The notes under the pieces: model-generated
Told to the model about the DNA's origin: nothing
Seen by the model: only the letters and a program-made list of their open reading frames with translations
Databases searched by the model: none
In this document: positions 30,680 through 40,350 of the stretch, in pieces
How positions within the stretch are numbered: position 1 is the first letter of the stretch
Layout of the letters: the number at the start of each line of letters is the position of its first letter
Program-made: the position numbers and the translations under genes
DNA from: Candidatus Spongiisociaceae bacterium
Lineage (GTDB): Bacteria; Actinomycetota; Acidimicrobiia; Spongiisociales; Spongiisociaceae
Assembly (NCBI GenBank): GCA_965262915.1
Contig: OZ253564.1
Coordinates: 608,001 to 672,000, forward strand
Direction: 5' to 3'
DNA: 64,000 bases

Positions 30680-30936
30680 TCGTCACCGGCCTCCGGCAGG
30701 TACTTCTTGCGTGTCAGCCACAGAATCGCCGAACCAAGCGTCAGAGGCCCGAAGATGACTACGCCCACCCAGAGGGCAAGTGCGATCCCTAAAGCCTGGC
30801 CGAACGAGCACGCGGGATGATCGGAGGGTGCGCAATCCGGTGTCGCCAGCCCCAACCACAAGGTAGGGCCAACCGCGAGAGCCGCGAAGACCAGCGTCGT
30901 AATGGACCACACGAAGCGGGCCGGGTTCCGCCTCAT
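30676..30936 (-). CDS. Small two-TM membrane protein with a Cys pair in the loop
   Basis: TM-PDCAPSDHPACSF-TM-RKK. Confidence 0.6.
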   Translation of the reverse strand: MRRNPARFVWSITTLVFAALAVGPTLWLGLATPDCAPSDHPACSFGQALGIALALWVGVVIFGPLTLGSAILWLTRKKYLPEAGDE

Positions 30937-30965
30937 CCCATCCGGTACCGTCCCCGGTGCGTTTC

Positions 30966-31163
30966 TCACCGTCTCGTGCGCCACACCACAGCCGCCGTCG
31001 TAGTCAACGAACCAGCCACCACCGCCAGGGCCCAAACCCACAACCTCACGAACGCGACCGCCATCTCGCACTCACCATCACCGGGAAAGCACTCCCCCGA
31101 CGTTCCGGAAGTGACCACCAGACCAGCCACGACCGCAAACCCAGTCACCACAGCCAACAACAA
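30966..31163 (-). CDS. Small two-TM membrane protein with a Cys pair in the loop (5' end uncertain)
   Basis: TM-GECFPGDGECEM-TM-RTRR. Confidence 0.5.
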   Translation of the reverse strand: MLLAVVTGFAVVAGLVVTSGTSGECFPGDGECEMAVAFVRLWVWALAVVAGSLTTTAAVVWRTRR

Positions 31164-31443
31164 CCGTCACCACCGCCCTAACCCGGCTCCGCTCAGCCAC
31201 CGTCAAGCTCCGGGTTCCGCCCGAGCCAGCCAGCCACAAGCCGCACACAGGCACCCTCATCGAGGATCGCCACCTCGACCGGCCCCATGGTCTCAACACG
31301 CCGTGATCCGGCCCCGCACGTGCATGTCACCGGGTAGGAGCAACCCACAACATGTGCACTCCCGCGTCGGTGGCGATGATCCTCACCCACGTTCCCCGCC
31401 GCTAGGCCATCGGCCGGCATACCCGCCGGTGGAACACTTGTTG

Positions 31444-33225
31444 TTAGGTCCAGCATTCGATGCTTGGCAGGTGTTGGGGTAGTGCGGGTAGTCGTATCGT
31501 TATCCCTTCGATGTCTGTTCCCTCAACGGTGAGGATGACTGCTTCTTGGTAGCTGGTCGTGATGCCTTCACCGTTGTAATACCCTGCGCAGGCACCTTCC
31601 GGGGCGGCGTACACGTCTAGACGGTATAAGCCGTCGGGTACGCGTATGACGAACGTGCCGTCCGATCCGGTTTGAACCCAGCGGCTGTTGTCAGTGTTGT
31701 CGCTCTGCCAAGCCCACAGGCCCACGCCGGCTACCGGTCGACCGTCGGGGTCGACGATTACTCCCCGAATTGCTGGGGGGAAGACGACCAGTGGTGGGAG
31801 CGGCGGTGGGAGCTGTGTGATGAACGGGGAGCTGCGGAGGATGGCTTTTTCGTCGTCACGCAGATACGTGTCCGGATAGGCCTCATAGCCGTAAGACATC
31901 ATCGACAGGGAGTCACATGTTGGCAGGCCCTCGTCGCATCCCGGCGGGTGATAATCCACAGCCAGCGCATGGGTGAGTTCATGCGCCAGCCCACCCATCC
32001 AGCGTCCTAAAGAATTGTCGTTCGGTCCCTCGTCGCAGTAATAGAATTCCCCCCCCGGGTTGGTCACGCCTTCGACATCCCAACGGGGCATAATGGTCAT
32101 GCCCCAGCCTCCCCTTCCGAGTTCATGAGCATCCTGCCCGAGTTGGTGCCACTCGTCGCAGGATTCTTCCACATCCGCGTAGATAACCCAAGTATTGGTC
32201 GACCCCGGAGCGTCATAGGTTCCAGTGTCCCACCACCCTCTAACAGGTGCGCAGTGCTGCACCCCTTCCACTACTTTCTGCCAGGCGCCGCCCCGTGCGT
32301 AGAAGTCTCCGGGCTGGCTCATAGGGCAGTTCTCCACTATGGGATCGTGAAGCGAGAACCCCAGCCCTCCGAGCTGTTGGTGATACCAGGACTGAACATG
32401 CTCGACCGCTCGGCGGATCGCTTCGTGGCTGTCGGAGCTGAACTCCCGGTCTGCTGGCACCGCGTACAGCACCCGTACCACATGCTCCGGGTTAGGGTCG
32501 ACTGCGAGAGCGCGGGTGAGGAACGTGGCCATCTGAGCCCGGTTAGTGTCCCGGTCTGGACAGTAACGGGGGGGACCACTGGTAGTGCGCCCCGAAGTTA
32601 CCCCCGCCGCGGCCAAAGCATCAATGTTGGGTTCGTGGACACTCCCCCCAGTGTCGACAAACCGACCCGAACGGCCACCCGCCAGCCCGAAAGCACGAAC
32701 CAGAAACGACGCCATCCGAGCGCGGGTAACCGTCTCGGTAGGACAGAAACGGGCCGGTTCGGTGGCGCAACCATCCGTCACACCCAAATCAGCCAAACGG
32801 TCCACATAAGGCGCCCACCACTGCGACTCGTCCACATCGGCGAACCGTGTCGACCCCACCGGAGGCGGGTCAGTCCCATCCAGGAGGCGCACCAGCCACA
32901 CAGCCATAACCCAACGCTGCACCGGAACCGTCGGACAGAACTCCCCCGGCCCACATTCCGTGCCGTCGAACACTCCGTCAGCCGCCAACCCTTCAACAGC
33001 CGACCTATGAACCCCCGCCCCCTCCACATCAGAAAACCCCTCAGACGCAGCGCCAACACCACCAGCACCCACCCCCAACACCGAACCCACCACAACCGCA
33101 ACAACCACCAACCCCAAAACACGCCGACAAGAAACCCTCACAACCCCATCTCCCAACCGCGGACACCCTCCCGGGGCCGGCACACTACGAACTGAACTCC
33201 GTGTTTGACCAGAACCAGGTCGCAT
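31444..33225 (-). CDS. SLH + zincin metalloprotease + carboxypeptidase-regulatory-like domain protein
   Basis: Signal peptide, 3 SLH, GGLAHELTHAL..H...SMM (HExxH + Met-turn), IRGVIVDPDGRPVAGV...TGSDGTF. Confidence 0.88.
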   Translation of the reverse strand: MRPGSGQTRSSVRSVPAPGGCPRLGDGVVRVSCRRVLGLVVVAVVVGSVLGVGAGGVGAASEGFSDVEGAGVHRSAVEGLAADGVFDGTECGPGEFCPTVPVQRWVMAVWLVRLLDGTDPPPVGSTRFADVDESQWWAPYVDRLADLGVTDGCATEPARFCPTETVTRARMASFLVRAFGLAGGRSGRFVDTGGSVHEPNIDALAAAGVTSGRTTSGPPRYCPDRDTNRAQMATFLTRALAVDPNPEHVVRVLYAVPADREFSSDSHEAIRRAVEHVQSWYHQQLGGLGFSLHDPIVENCPMSQPGDFYARGGAWQKVVEGVQHCAPVRGWWDTGTYDAPGSTNTWVIYADVEESCDEWHQLGQDAHELGRGGWGMTIMPRWDVEGVTNPGGEFYYCDEGPNDNSLGRWMGGLAHELTHALAVDYHPPGCDEGLPTCDSLSMMSYGYEAYPDTYLRDDEKAILRSSPFITQLPPPLPPLVVFPPAIRGVIVDPDGRPVAGVGLWAWQSDNTDNSRWVQTGSDGTFVIRVPDGLYRLDVYAAPEGACAGYYNGEGITTSYQEAVILTVEGTDIEGITIRLPALPQHLPSIECWT

Positions 33226-33386
33226 ACAGCGCCCGTGCCAGACTATACCAGATCAATACATTTTGAAGGGGCATCATAAGTACACCCTCAAAGGCAAAGG
33301 AATGCTATCTTTATGCCCTAATATATCTATCCCTTATGATGGGTTGGATAGATATCTAATTGGTGGTGTGAGACGCCTATCCTAAA

Positions 33387-33792
33387 CCTGAATCCGCCGA
33401 CTGATTCGTGGGGTGGCTGGCCGGGTGTGCCGGTGCGGTTCACCGATCAGCGTGATCGATATGAGTGGCACCCACCAACAACGACAACACCTTACGACCC
33501 GGCCGTGCTCCACCCACCCGGTCACCCAGGCGCAGTGTCCCGTCCACCAACTCTTCCAAACCCAGACGATCCATCAACGTCTCGGCAGCTAACAACCCGA
33601 CATCAGCCACCAACGACTCGTCATCGAACACCACCTCAAGGCGGTCGGTTCTCTGCGATACCCTACTCATAGGAAGTGCCTCACCGATCCAGGCCAAAAC
33701 CATTACTTCTACCGGTTATTGTCCCAGATCAGAGGGCACTGTCTACGCCAAATCCACCCACCACCAAACCAAACCCCATCGGTGGATTGAGG
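33387..33792 (-). mobile_element. Internally deleted IS1380-family element (~406 bp, both ends retained)
   Basis: IRs CCTGAATCCGCCGA / TCGGTGGATTGAGG; N-terminal transposase DRLEVVFDDESLVADVGLL...GATHIDHAD. Confidence 0.8.
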
Positions 33793-34029
33793 CAAAAACT
33801 CTGCAGGACGACAGGGAAGTAAGCGAAGGGTAGGAACAGACCGAATCCGGTGATGAAGCTGGTCGTGTTCGCGACCGAGAACTCCCGGTTCCGAAACAGG
33901 AACAGCGGCAGGATGGGCGAAGCTACCTTCCTTTTCCTGCCTCACAAACCACACCAGCGCCACCCCTCCCACCGTGTTGACGATCGTTGAAACTCCCCAC
34001 TCTCGATCACTGAAATTCACTCATAGTGG

Positions 34030-35543
34030 ATGGTGCCCCGTTTCTTTGGGGGTCACTGCGATGATGCGGGTGGCCCCCCGGGACCGGGGGGCGGGTCTGA
34101 CCCAACTGAAATTTGGCGTGTGGATTGCCTTTGTGGGGATCTGTCGGCCTGTTCCCCCGGTCCCGGGGGCGGGGTTGTGGCTCGAAGCGGATGTGACCTT
34201 GTAGGAGCTTTAGCTTGCCAGCACCGTGAGTGTATTGTCCGCCGTTTTTGGCCGGAACCCCTTCTAGCAAGACGGTAGTCCACGGGGAGGTGGGTCGTGT
34301 CAGAGGATGGGGTTGGTGTTTTCGGTGGGGTTGATACCCATCGGGATGCCCATGTGGGGGCGGTGGTGGATAGCGCTGGTCGCCTGTTGGGTTCGGAGTC
34401 GTTCGCAGCGGAGAGAGCCGGGTATCGCCAGATGGTCGCCTGGTTCGGATCGCAGGGTCGGCTGGTTCGGGTCGGGGTGGAAGGGACAGGCAGCTACGGC
34501 GCTGGGCTGGCTCGTTATCTGACCGCAGCCGACATCGATGTGGTGGAGGTGAACCGCCCCAACCGCCAACTACGCCGCCAAAAGGGCGGGAAGTCTGACA
34601 GCGTCGACGCCGAGGGAGCAGCTCGGGCGGCTGCTAGCGGGGAGGCGGCGGCGGTTCCTAAGTCTGGTGATGGGCCGGTTGAGTGCCCTGCGGATGCTGT
34701 TGGTGGCCCGCCGCTGGGCGACCAAGGCCCGCACCCAGGCGGCTAACCAGATCCATTCTGTGATCGTTGGTGCCCCAGAGCAGGTCAAATGTCAGCTCAG
34801 GGGCCTGAACCTCAGAGTACGAGTAGCGGTTTGTGCCCGCTGGCGTCCCGGTGAAGCACAGACCACAGCCGCGTACGCGAAACGGGTTCTACGCCACCTG
34901 GCCCGCCGATACCAAACCCTCGACGCAGAGATCACCGAACTTGAGGGAGACATCCGTCGTCTCTGCGCTAGGGCGAACCCGGCGTTGTTGGCCGCCAACG
35001 GTGTGGGCCCTGACACAGCCTCGGTGCTGCTGGTCGCAGCCGGCGACAACCCCGGGCGAATGAAATCGGAACGGTCCTTCGCGGCGCTGTGCGGCACCAG
35101 TCCTGTTCAGGCATCATCGGGACAGACCATACGGCATCGTCTCAACCGGGGCGGTAACCGCCAAGCCAACAGCGCGCTGTGGCGGATCGCTACCACCCGG
35201 ATGCGCACCGACGCTGCCACCAAAGAATATGTGACCAGACGCCAGGGGGAAGGAAAGAACCGAAAAGAGATCATCCGCTGCCTCAAGCGGCACATCGCCC
35301 GAGAGATCTACCGACTACTCACCAACCCGCCCCCAACCCCGAACTGCGCCCGCCTACGCGACCAGCGTCAACATGCCGGTATCACCGTGACCCAGGCCGC
35401 CCAAGCCCTCGGAACCCACACAGCCCGCATCTCAGAACTCGAACTCGGACGGAACCACAACCACCAGCTAGCGACCCGATACCAGAGGTGGCTCCGCACC
35501 CACGAGGCGGCCCCATCACCGATTTGACAACCGTAGGAGCATC
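34030..35543 (+). mobile_element. IS110-family element; transposase 34297-35527 frameshifted near 34690, with C-terminal XRE-type HTH
   Basis: GGVDTHRDAH, GVEGTGSYGAGL, GKSDSVDA, SPVQASSG, RLNRGGNRQAN, RCLKRHIARE; right end TTGACAACCGTAGGAGCATC. Confidence 0.92.
34080..34270 (+). ncRNA. Probable IS110 bridge/seek RNA region
   Basis: Non-coding leader with blocks conserved in the second copy (53830-54010), including TAGGAGC matching the element's own right end. Confidence 0.55.
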
Positions 35544-35552
35544 CCCACCCTG

Positions 35553-37803
35553 TGACAGCAAATACCAGACGTTGAGTGGGGTCCTCTCCAAGCTGCTGAC
35601 TGAGAGATCTGGCAGCGAGGAGAGGGAGCCCCACCGCTGATGTTGGCACAGGAGGAATCCGTGGAAGTACACGCGTTGAGGAAGCGAGGCTGGTCGATGT
35701 GGGCCATTGCCCGCCATGTGGGAAGAGACCGCAAAACAGTACGAGCTCACCTGTCAGGTGAGCACGTGCCGGGCCGGCGGAGGTCGGCGGAGCCGGATCC
35801 GTTCGATGTGGTCGAGGCTTATGTTGGGCAGCGGCTGGCCGAGGATCCCCATCTTTGGGCGACGGCACTGTTCGACGAAGCCAAGGGTCTGGGGTATGGG
35901 CAGAGCTATGTGACGTTTGCCCGTAAGATCCGAGTCCGGCGGCTGCGTCCGTCGTGTGCGGCGTGTGGGGGAACCCGAGGACAGCCGACCGTGGTGATCG
36001 ATCATCCGGCGGGCGAAGAATGCCAGTGGGACTGGTTGGAGTTGCGGGACACCCCGTGGGGGTCGAAGGTTTTCGTGTTGGTGGGTGTGCTGTCACATTC
36101 GGGCAGGTTCCGGGCGTGGGTGAGCTCGAGCCAGGACCAGGCGCATCTGGTGGAGGGCATCGACGCGGTGCTGCGCCGCTTCGGGGGAACCGCTAGGCGG
36201 TGGCGGGTGGATCGTATGGCCACAGTCCTGGTGCCGGGCACTGATCGGATACAGGCCTCGTTCGTGGGAGTCGCCAAGCACTATGGGGTGGGGGTCGATC
36301 CGTGTCCCCCGAGACGACCGAACCGCAAAGGCGTGGTCGAGAAAGCGATCCATTACATAGCTCAGCGGTGGTGGCGCACCGCAGCAGTGGGGACGGTGTC
36401 CGAGGCGCAGGACAGCCTCGATGAGTTCTGCGAGAGGGTTGGGGATGCCCGCCGGCGGGCCGGGGGCAGCGTTGGGGAGCTCGCCGATACGGAACCGTTG
36501 CTTCCGCTTCCTGCGATGCCGTATCCGGCGGAGGGAGTCCTGGTCCGCAAAGTGGCTGCCAACGGGCTGGTGTCGGTGCGGGGCAACCGATATTCGGTGC
36601 CGCCTTCTGTGATCGGAACCGAAGTTAGTGTCGTTGGCGGCTGGGTGACCCAATCTTCGATGTGATCTCGGCTTCTGGGCGGCTGGTTGCCACACATCGG
36701 AAGGTTCCCCGCGGTCAAGGCAGGGTGGTTCGCCTCCCCCAACACACCGCAGCCCTCCAAAAGGTCGTGCTGGCCTCGTTCACCACCGCTCGGCCCCCCA
36801 AACCGAAGCCGAACCGGCCACCATCGCAAGCGGCTCGGGCGATCGCCGCCGACATTGGGGGCGGAGTGGAACACGGTGAGCCGGTTATCGACCTTGCCGT
36901 CTACCAGCGTCACATCGACCACCAGAACCACCATCGGGGCCGGCGATGAGCAGAGACAGCGTCTACCAACAGTTGCGGGGACATCTCGCCTACCTCAAGC
37001 TCGCAGCAGCTGCCGAGGCGCTACCAGGCCGGCTCGAAGCAGCCCGCAGAAGAAGCATCGGCCATACCGAGTTCCTCGAAGAGTTGCTCCGAGTCGAGGA
37101 CGCGTAGCCACCGAAACGCGACGGTGGAACAGCCGGATGCGGTTCGCGAACTTCCCAACGGCCTGGCAGCTCGAAGACTACGCGTCTTCTCCGCCCAGCC
37201 CAGCATCGACCAAAAACTCGTGCGGGAACTCGCCACAGGCGCCTACCTCGCCGACGCGACCAACGTGCTGCACATACGGCCCGCCCGGTGTCGGCAAGAC
37301 CATGCTGGCGGTCATCTTGGGCCGAGCCGCGGTCGACGGCGGCCACAGGGTGTACTACACCACCGCCGCGGACCTCGCAGCCCGCTGCCCCAACAGCCGC
37401 CCTCGAAGGCCGATGGGCCGCAACCATGCGGTTCTTCTCCGGCCCAGCCGTGCTCATAGTGGATGAACTCGGCTATCTCCCCATGCCATCCGAAGACGCC
37501 GCCTCCCTGTTCCAGGTCATCTCCCGCAGATACCAGAAAGGCTCGATCATCCCCACCACCAACCGCAGCGTCGCCGCCTGGGGAGACATCTTCTCCGACA
37601 CCACAATCGCCGCTGCCATGCTCGACCGGCTCCTGCACCGCAGCGTCGTCTTCACCATCACGGGAGACAGCTACCGGCTACGCGCCTACCACGCCCAGGC
37701 CCGAAAACACCGACCGAAAGGAGGCGCCAACTAGACTCACCAACACACCCGGGGTGGGGAATTTCAATGATCGACTCCGGGGAATTTCAGTGATCGCCAT
37801 CAT
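35553..37803 (+). mobile_element. IS21-family element; istA (35640-36949) and istB (~36946-37734), both frameshifted
   Basis: istA GEECQWDW, KGVVEKAIHYI; istB GPPGVGKTMLA, LIVDELGYLP, TTN, AMLDRLLH, GDSYRL; right end with repeated GGGGAATTTCA ending CA. Confidence 0.92.
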
Positions 37804-38139
37804 CCGCGCAGCCTCAAATATTCCGGAGACCCCGGGTTCGGAGCTGCTTGCGAATCGTTCCCCTCCCGGACCAGGGTCGCCCTCGGAGTGGCTCGGGTCC
37901 ATTCCTGTCACCAACTCTGAACAAGGCCCGACGTGCTGGCAGACTTGGTCGACGCTGATGATGTGCCCGGCTGGTTGGTGGTGTGCTAACTGTTGCGCAG
38001 TCTGAGCGTGGACGCGTCAAGGAGGCGACACTAACCATGGTTGTCGGATCACCTATGTGGCGTCTGGGAGCGAATCGCCATTCCGATCGTCAGGCGTGTG
38101 CGTATCTCCTCGGGGTCCATATCTGGCTCGCCAGCGAGC

Positions 38140-38230
38140 CATCCTATCACAGCTCGAACGAGGCCTCTACCACAACCACCAGCTGGCTACCCGATACCTC
38201 GAAAACGGATTTGCAAAACTTAGGGGCATC
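38140..38230 (+). mobile_element. Right-end remnant of a third IS110-HTH copy
   Basis: LSQLERGLYHNHQLATRY followed by TAGGGGCATC. Confidence 0.6.
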
Positions 38231-39895
38231 GTGACCTCACCAACCTGTGGCGCCTGCAGCTCCACGATAACCGGTTGAGCGGGTCGATCCCGGCGGAACT
38301 GGGTGACCTCACCTACCTGGAGCAGTTGGGCTTGACGGACAACCGCTTGAGTGGGTCGATCCCGGCGGAGCTGGGTGACCTCACCAACCTGCAGAACGTG
38401 CGATTCGCGCTCAATTCGTTGACCGGATGCGTTCCCCTCGGGTTGCGCCATCTGCTGCGCCTTTCAAACTATTACGACGGAACCCCAGCCCATGACTTCA
38501 TCGAGGTGGACGCCAACAACGACGGCGATACCAACGACGAGGGCGATGTCCCCGGCCTGGACCTACCGTTCTGCATGCTCAGGACGCTGACGCTCAGCAA
38601 CGGGACCCTCACACCGGAGTTCGCCACCGGCACAACAACCTATACCGCCTCGGTGGGCAACGATGTGGAAACCACAGTAACTGCGACGACCCACAACACC
38701 GCTGACAGCGTGTCCATCACGAAAGGCGCGGACACCTATACAAGCGGAACCGTGGCCGAGAACACCCCCGCAGGTCTGCCCATCTGCGCTCCGGTGGCCG
38801 CCTCCGATCCCGACGTGGTCAACGGCGACACGCTTACGTACACCCCCGGACGGCGACGATGCCGCTTCCTTCGACACCGTGACCTCGTCGGGTCAGTTGC
38901 GGACCAAGACTGCTTTGGATCACGAGACCAAGCCCAGTTACTCGATGACAGTCTCAGTCCACGACGGCAAAGACCACGACGGCAACCCCGACCTCACTGC
39001 TGACGACACGATCGCCGTGACCGTCACCGTAACTGATGTGGATGAGGCCCCCGATCTGAGCGGTCCCGCAGCGGTTGCCTACGACGAGAACAACAGCGGC
39101 CCGGTCGGTTCCTACACTGCCGACGATCCTGAGGGGGCCACTATCATCTGGACCCTGGCCGGAACAGACGCTGGCAGTTTCACATTCACTGATGGCGTAC
39201 TCGAGTTCGCGGTTATCCCAGACTACGAACAGCCTGCCGATTCGAACCGGGACAACACCTATGTGGTGACTGTTCAGGCGTCGGATGGGACCAACATTCC
39301 CACCCAGACGGTGACCGTTTCGGTGATCAACGTGGACCCCCCGAACAGAGGAGGCGGAAGTGGTGGCGGCGGTGGCGGTGGGTCGGGGCTGCTCCCTCCG
39401 GGTGCTAACCAGCCGCCCGCTTTCGCCGAAGGTTCCCGAACTATGCGTACAGTGGCGGAGAACAGCCCCGCCGGGACCAACATCGGTGGACCGGTCACCG
39501 CAGAGGACCCCGAAGACGATCCCCTCACCTACAAACTGGCAGGCACCGACACCGACGTGTTCGACTTCGACACCGAAACAGGGCAGCTCAAAACCAAAGC
39601 AGCCCTGGACTACGAAACCAAGAACAGTTACAGGGTGACCGTAGAGGTGCGGGACAGCAAAGACCCCGAAGGCGAACCCGACGAGCGGCGGGACGACTCC
39701 ATCGCAGTAACCGTCAACGTCGCTAACCGAAACGACATCGGACATCTCACCCTGTCCGCACCCACACCCAGAGCCGGCCAACCCCTCCAAGCCGTGCTAG
39801 CCGACCCCGACGGTGCCACCAACGTCGCGTGGGTTTGGGAACGCTCCACCGACCGGACCACGTGGGCACCCATCCCAGACGCCACCTCGGCTGCG
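38231..39895 (+). pseudogene. Decayed inverted paralog of the LRR-cadherin surface protein
   Basis: LRR tail, PAHDFIEVDANNDGDTND and cadherin domains nearly identical to parts of 40298-47338; frameshift ~38850; both ends cut by IS. Confidence 0.88.
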
Positions 39896-40350
39896 GGTAG
39901 TCGGATGGTCCATGCGCAACGACATGGCCATCACCACACGTAAACCCGACCGGGTGATCCATCATTCGGATAGGGGAAGCCAACCCGGGTTCAAGGGGTC
40001 GTTGCAACACTGCCTTGTTGGAGGGAGTCTAGGTGTTCGGTGAGGGCCTCGGCTGGGGTCCTGTAGCCGAGAGTTTTGCGGGGTCGACCGTTGAGGGCTG
40101 CGGCGACGGCGTCGCCGAGTCGTTCTTCGCCACCCTCGAGACCGAACTCCTGGACCGGACCAGCTTCGCCAACCGGAACCAGGCCCGCTCAGCCATATTC
40201 GACTACATCGAAGGCTTCTACAACCCCCACCGGCGGCACTCCACCATCGGATACCACTCACCCACCGACTACGAAAGGAGCACCACCACCACCCCAACTA
40301 CCCTGCCGATCCCCTAACCGAAACTGTCCACAAAAGCGGGGCAACTCCAG
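39896..40350 (+). mobile_element. IS3-family 3' fragment interrupted by an IS30 3' fragment (39983-40110, minus strand)
   Basis: VIHHSDRGSQ then IS30 tail LNGRPRKTLGYRTPAEAL...VATTP* (minus); AESFFATLETE...FYNPHRRHSTIGY; IR TGTCCACAAAAGCGGGGCAACTCCA. Confidence 0.85.

Noticed and set aside
34667-37466. Programmed frameshifting in IS110/IS21 genes
   Set aside because: Shifts occur at different positions in paralogous copies and lack slippery motifs; decay or sequencing error is more likely.
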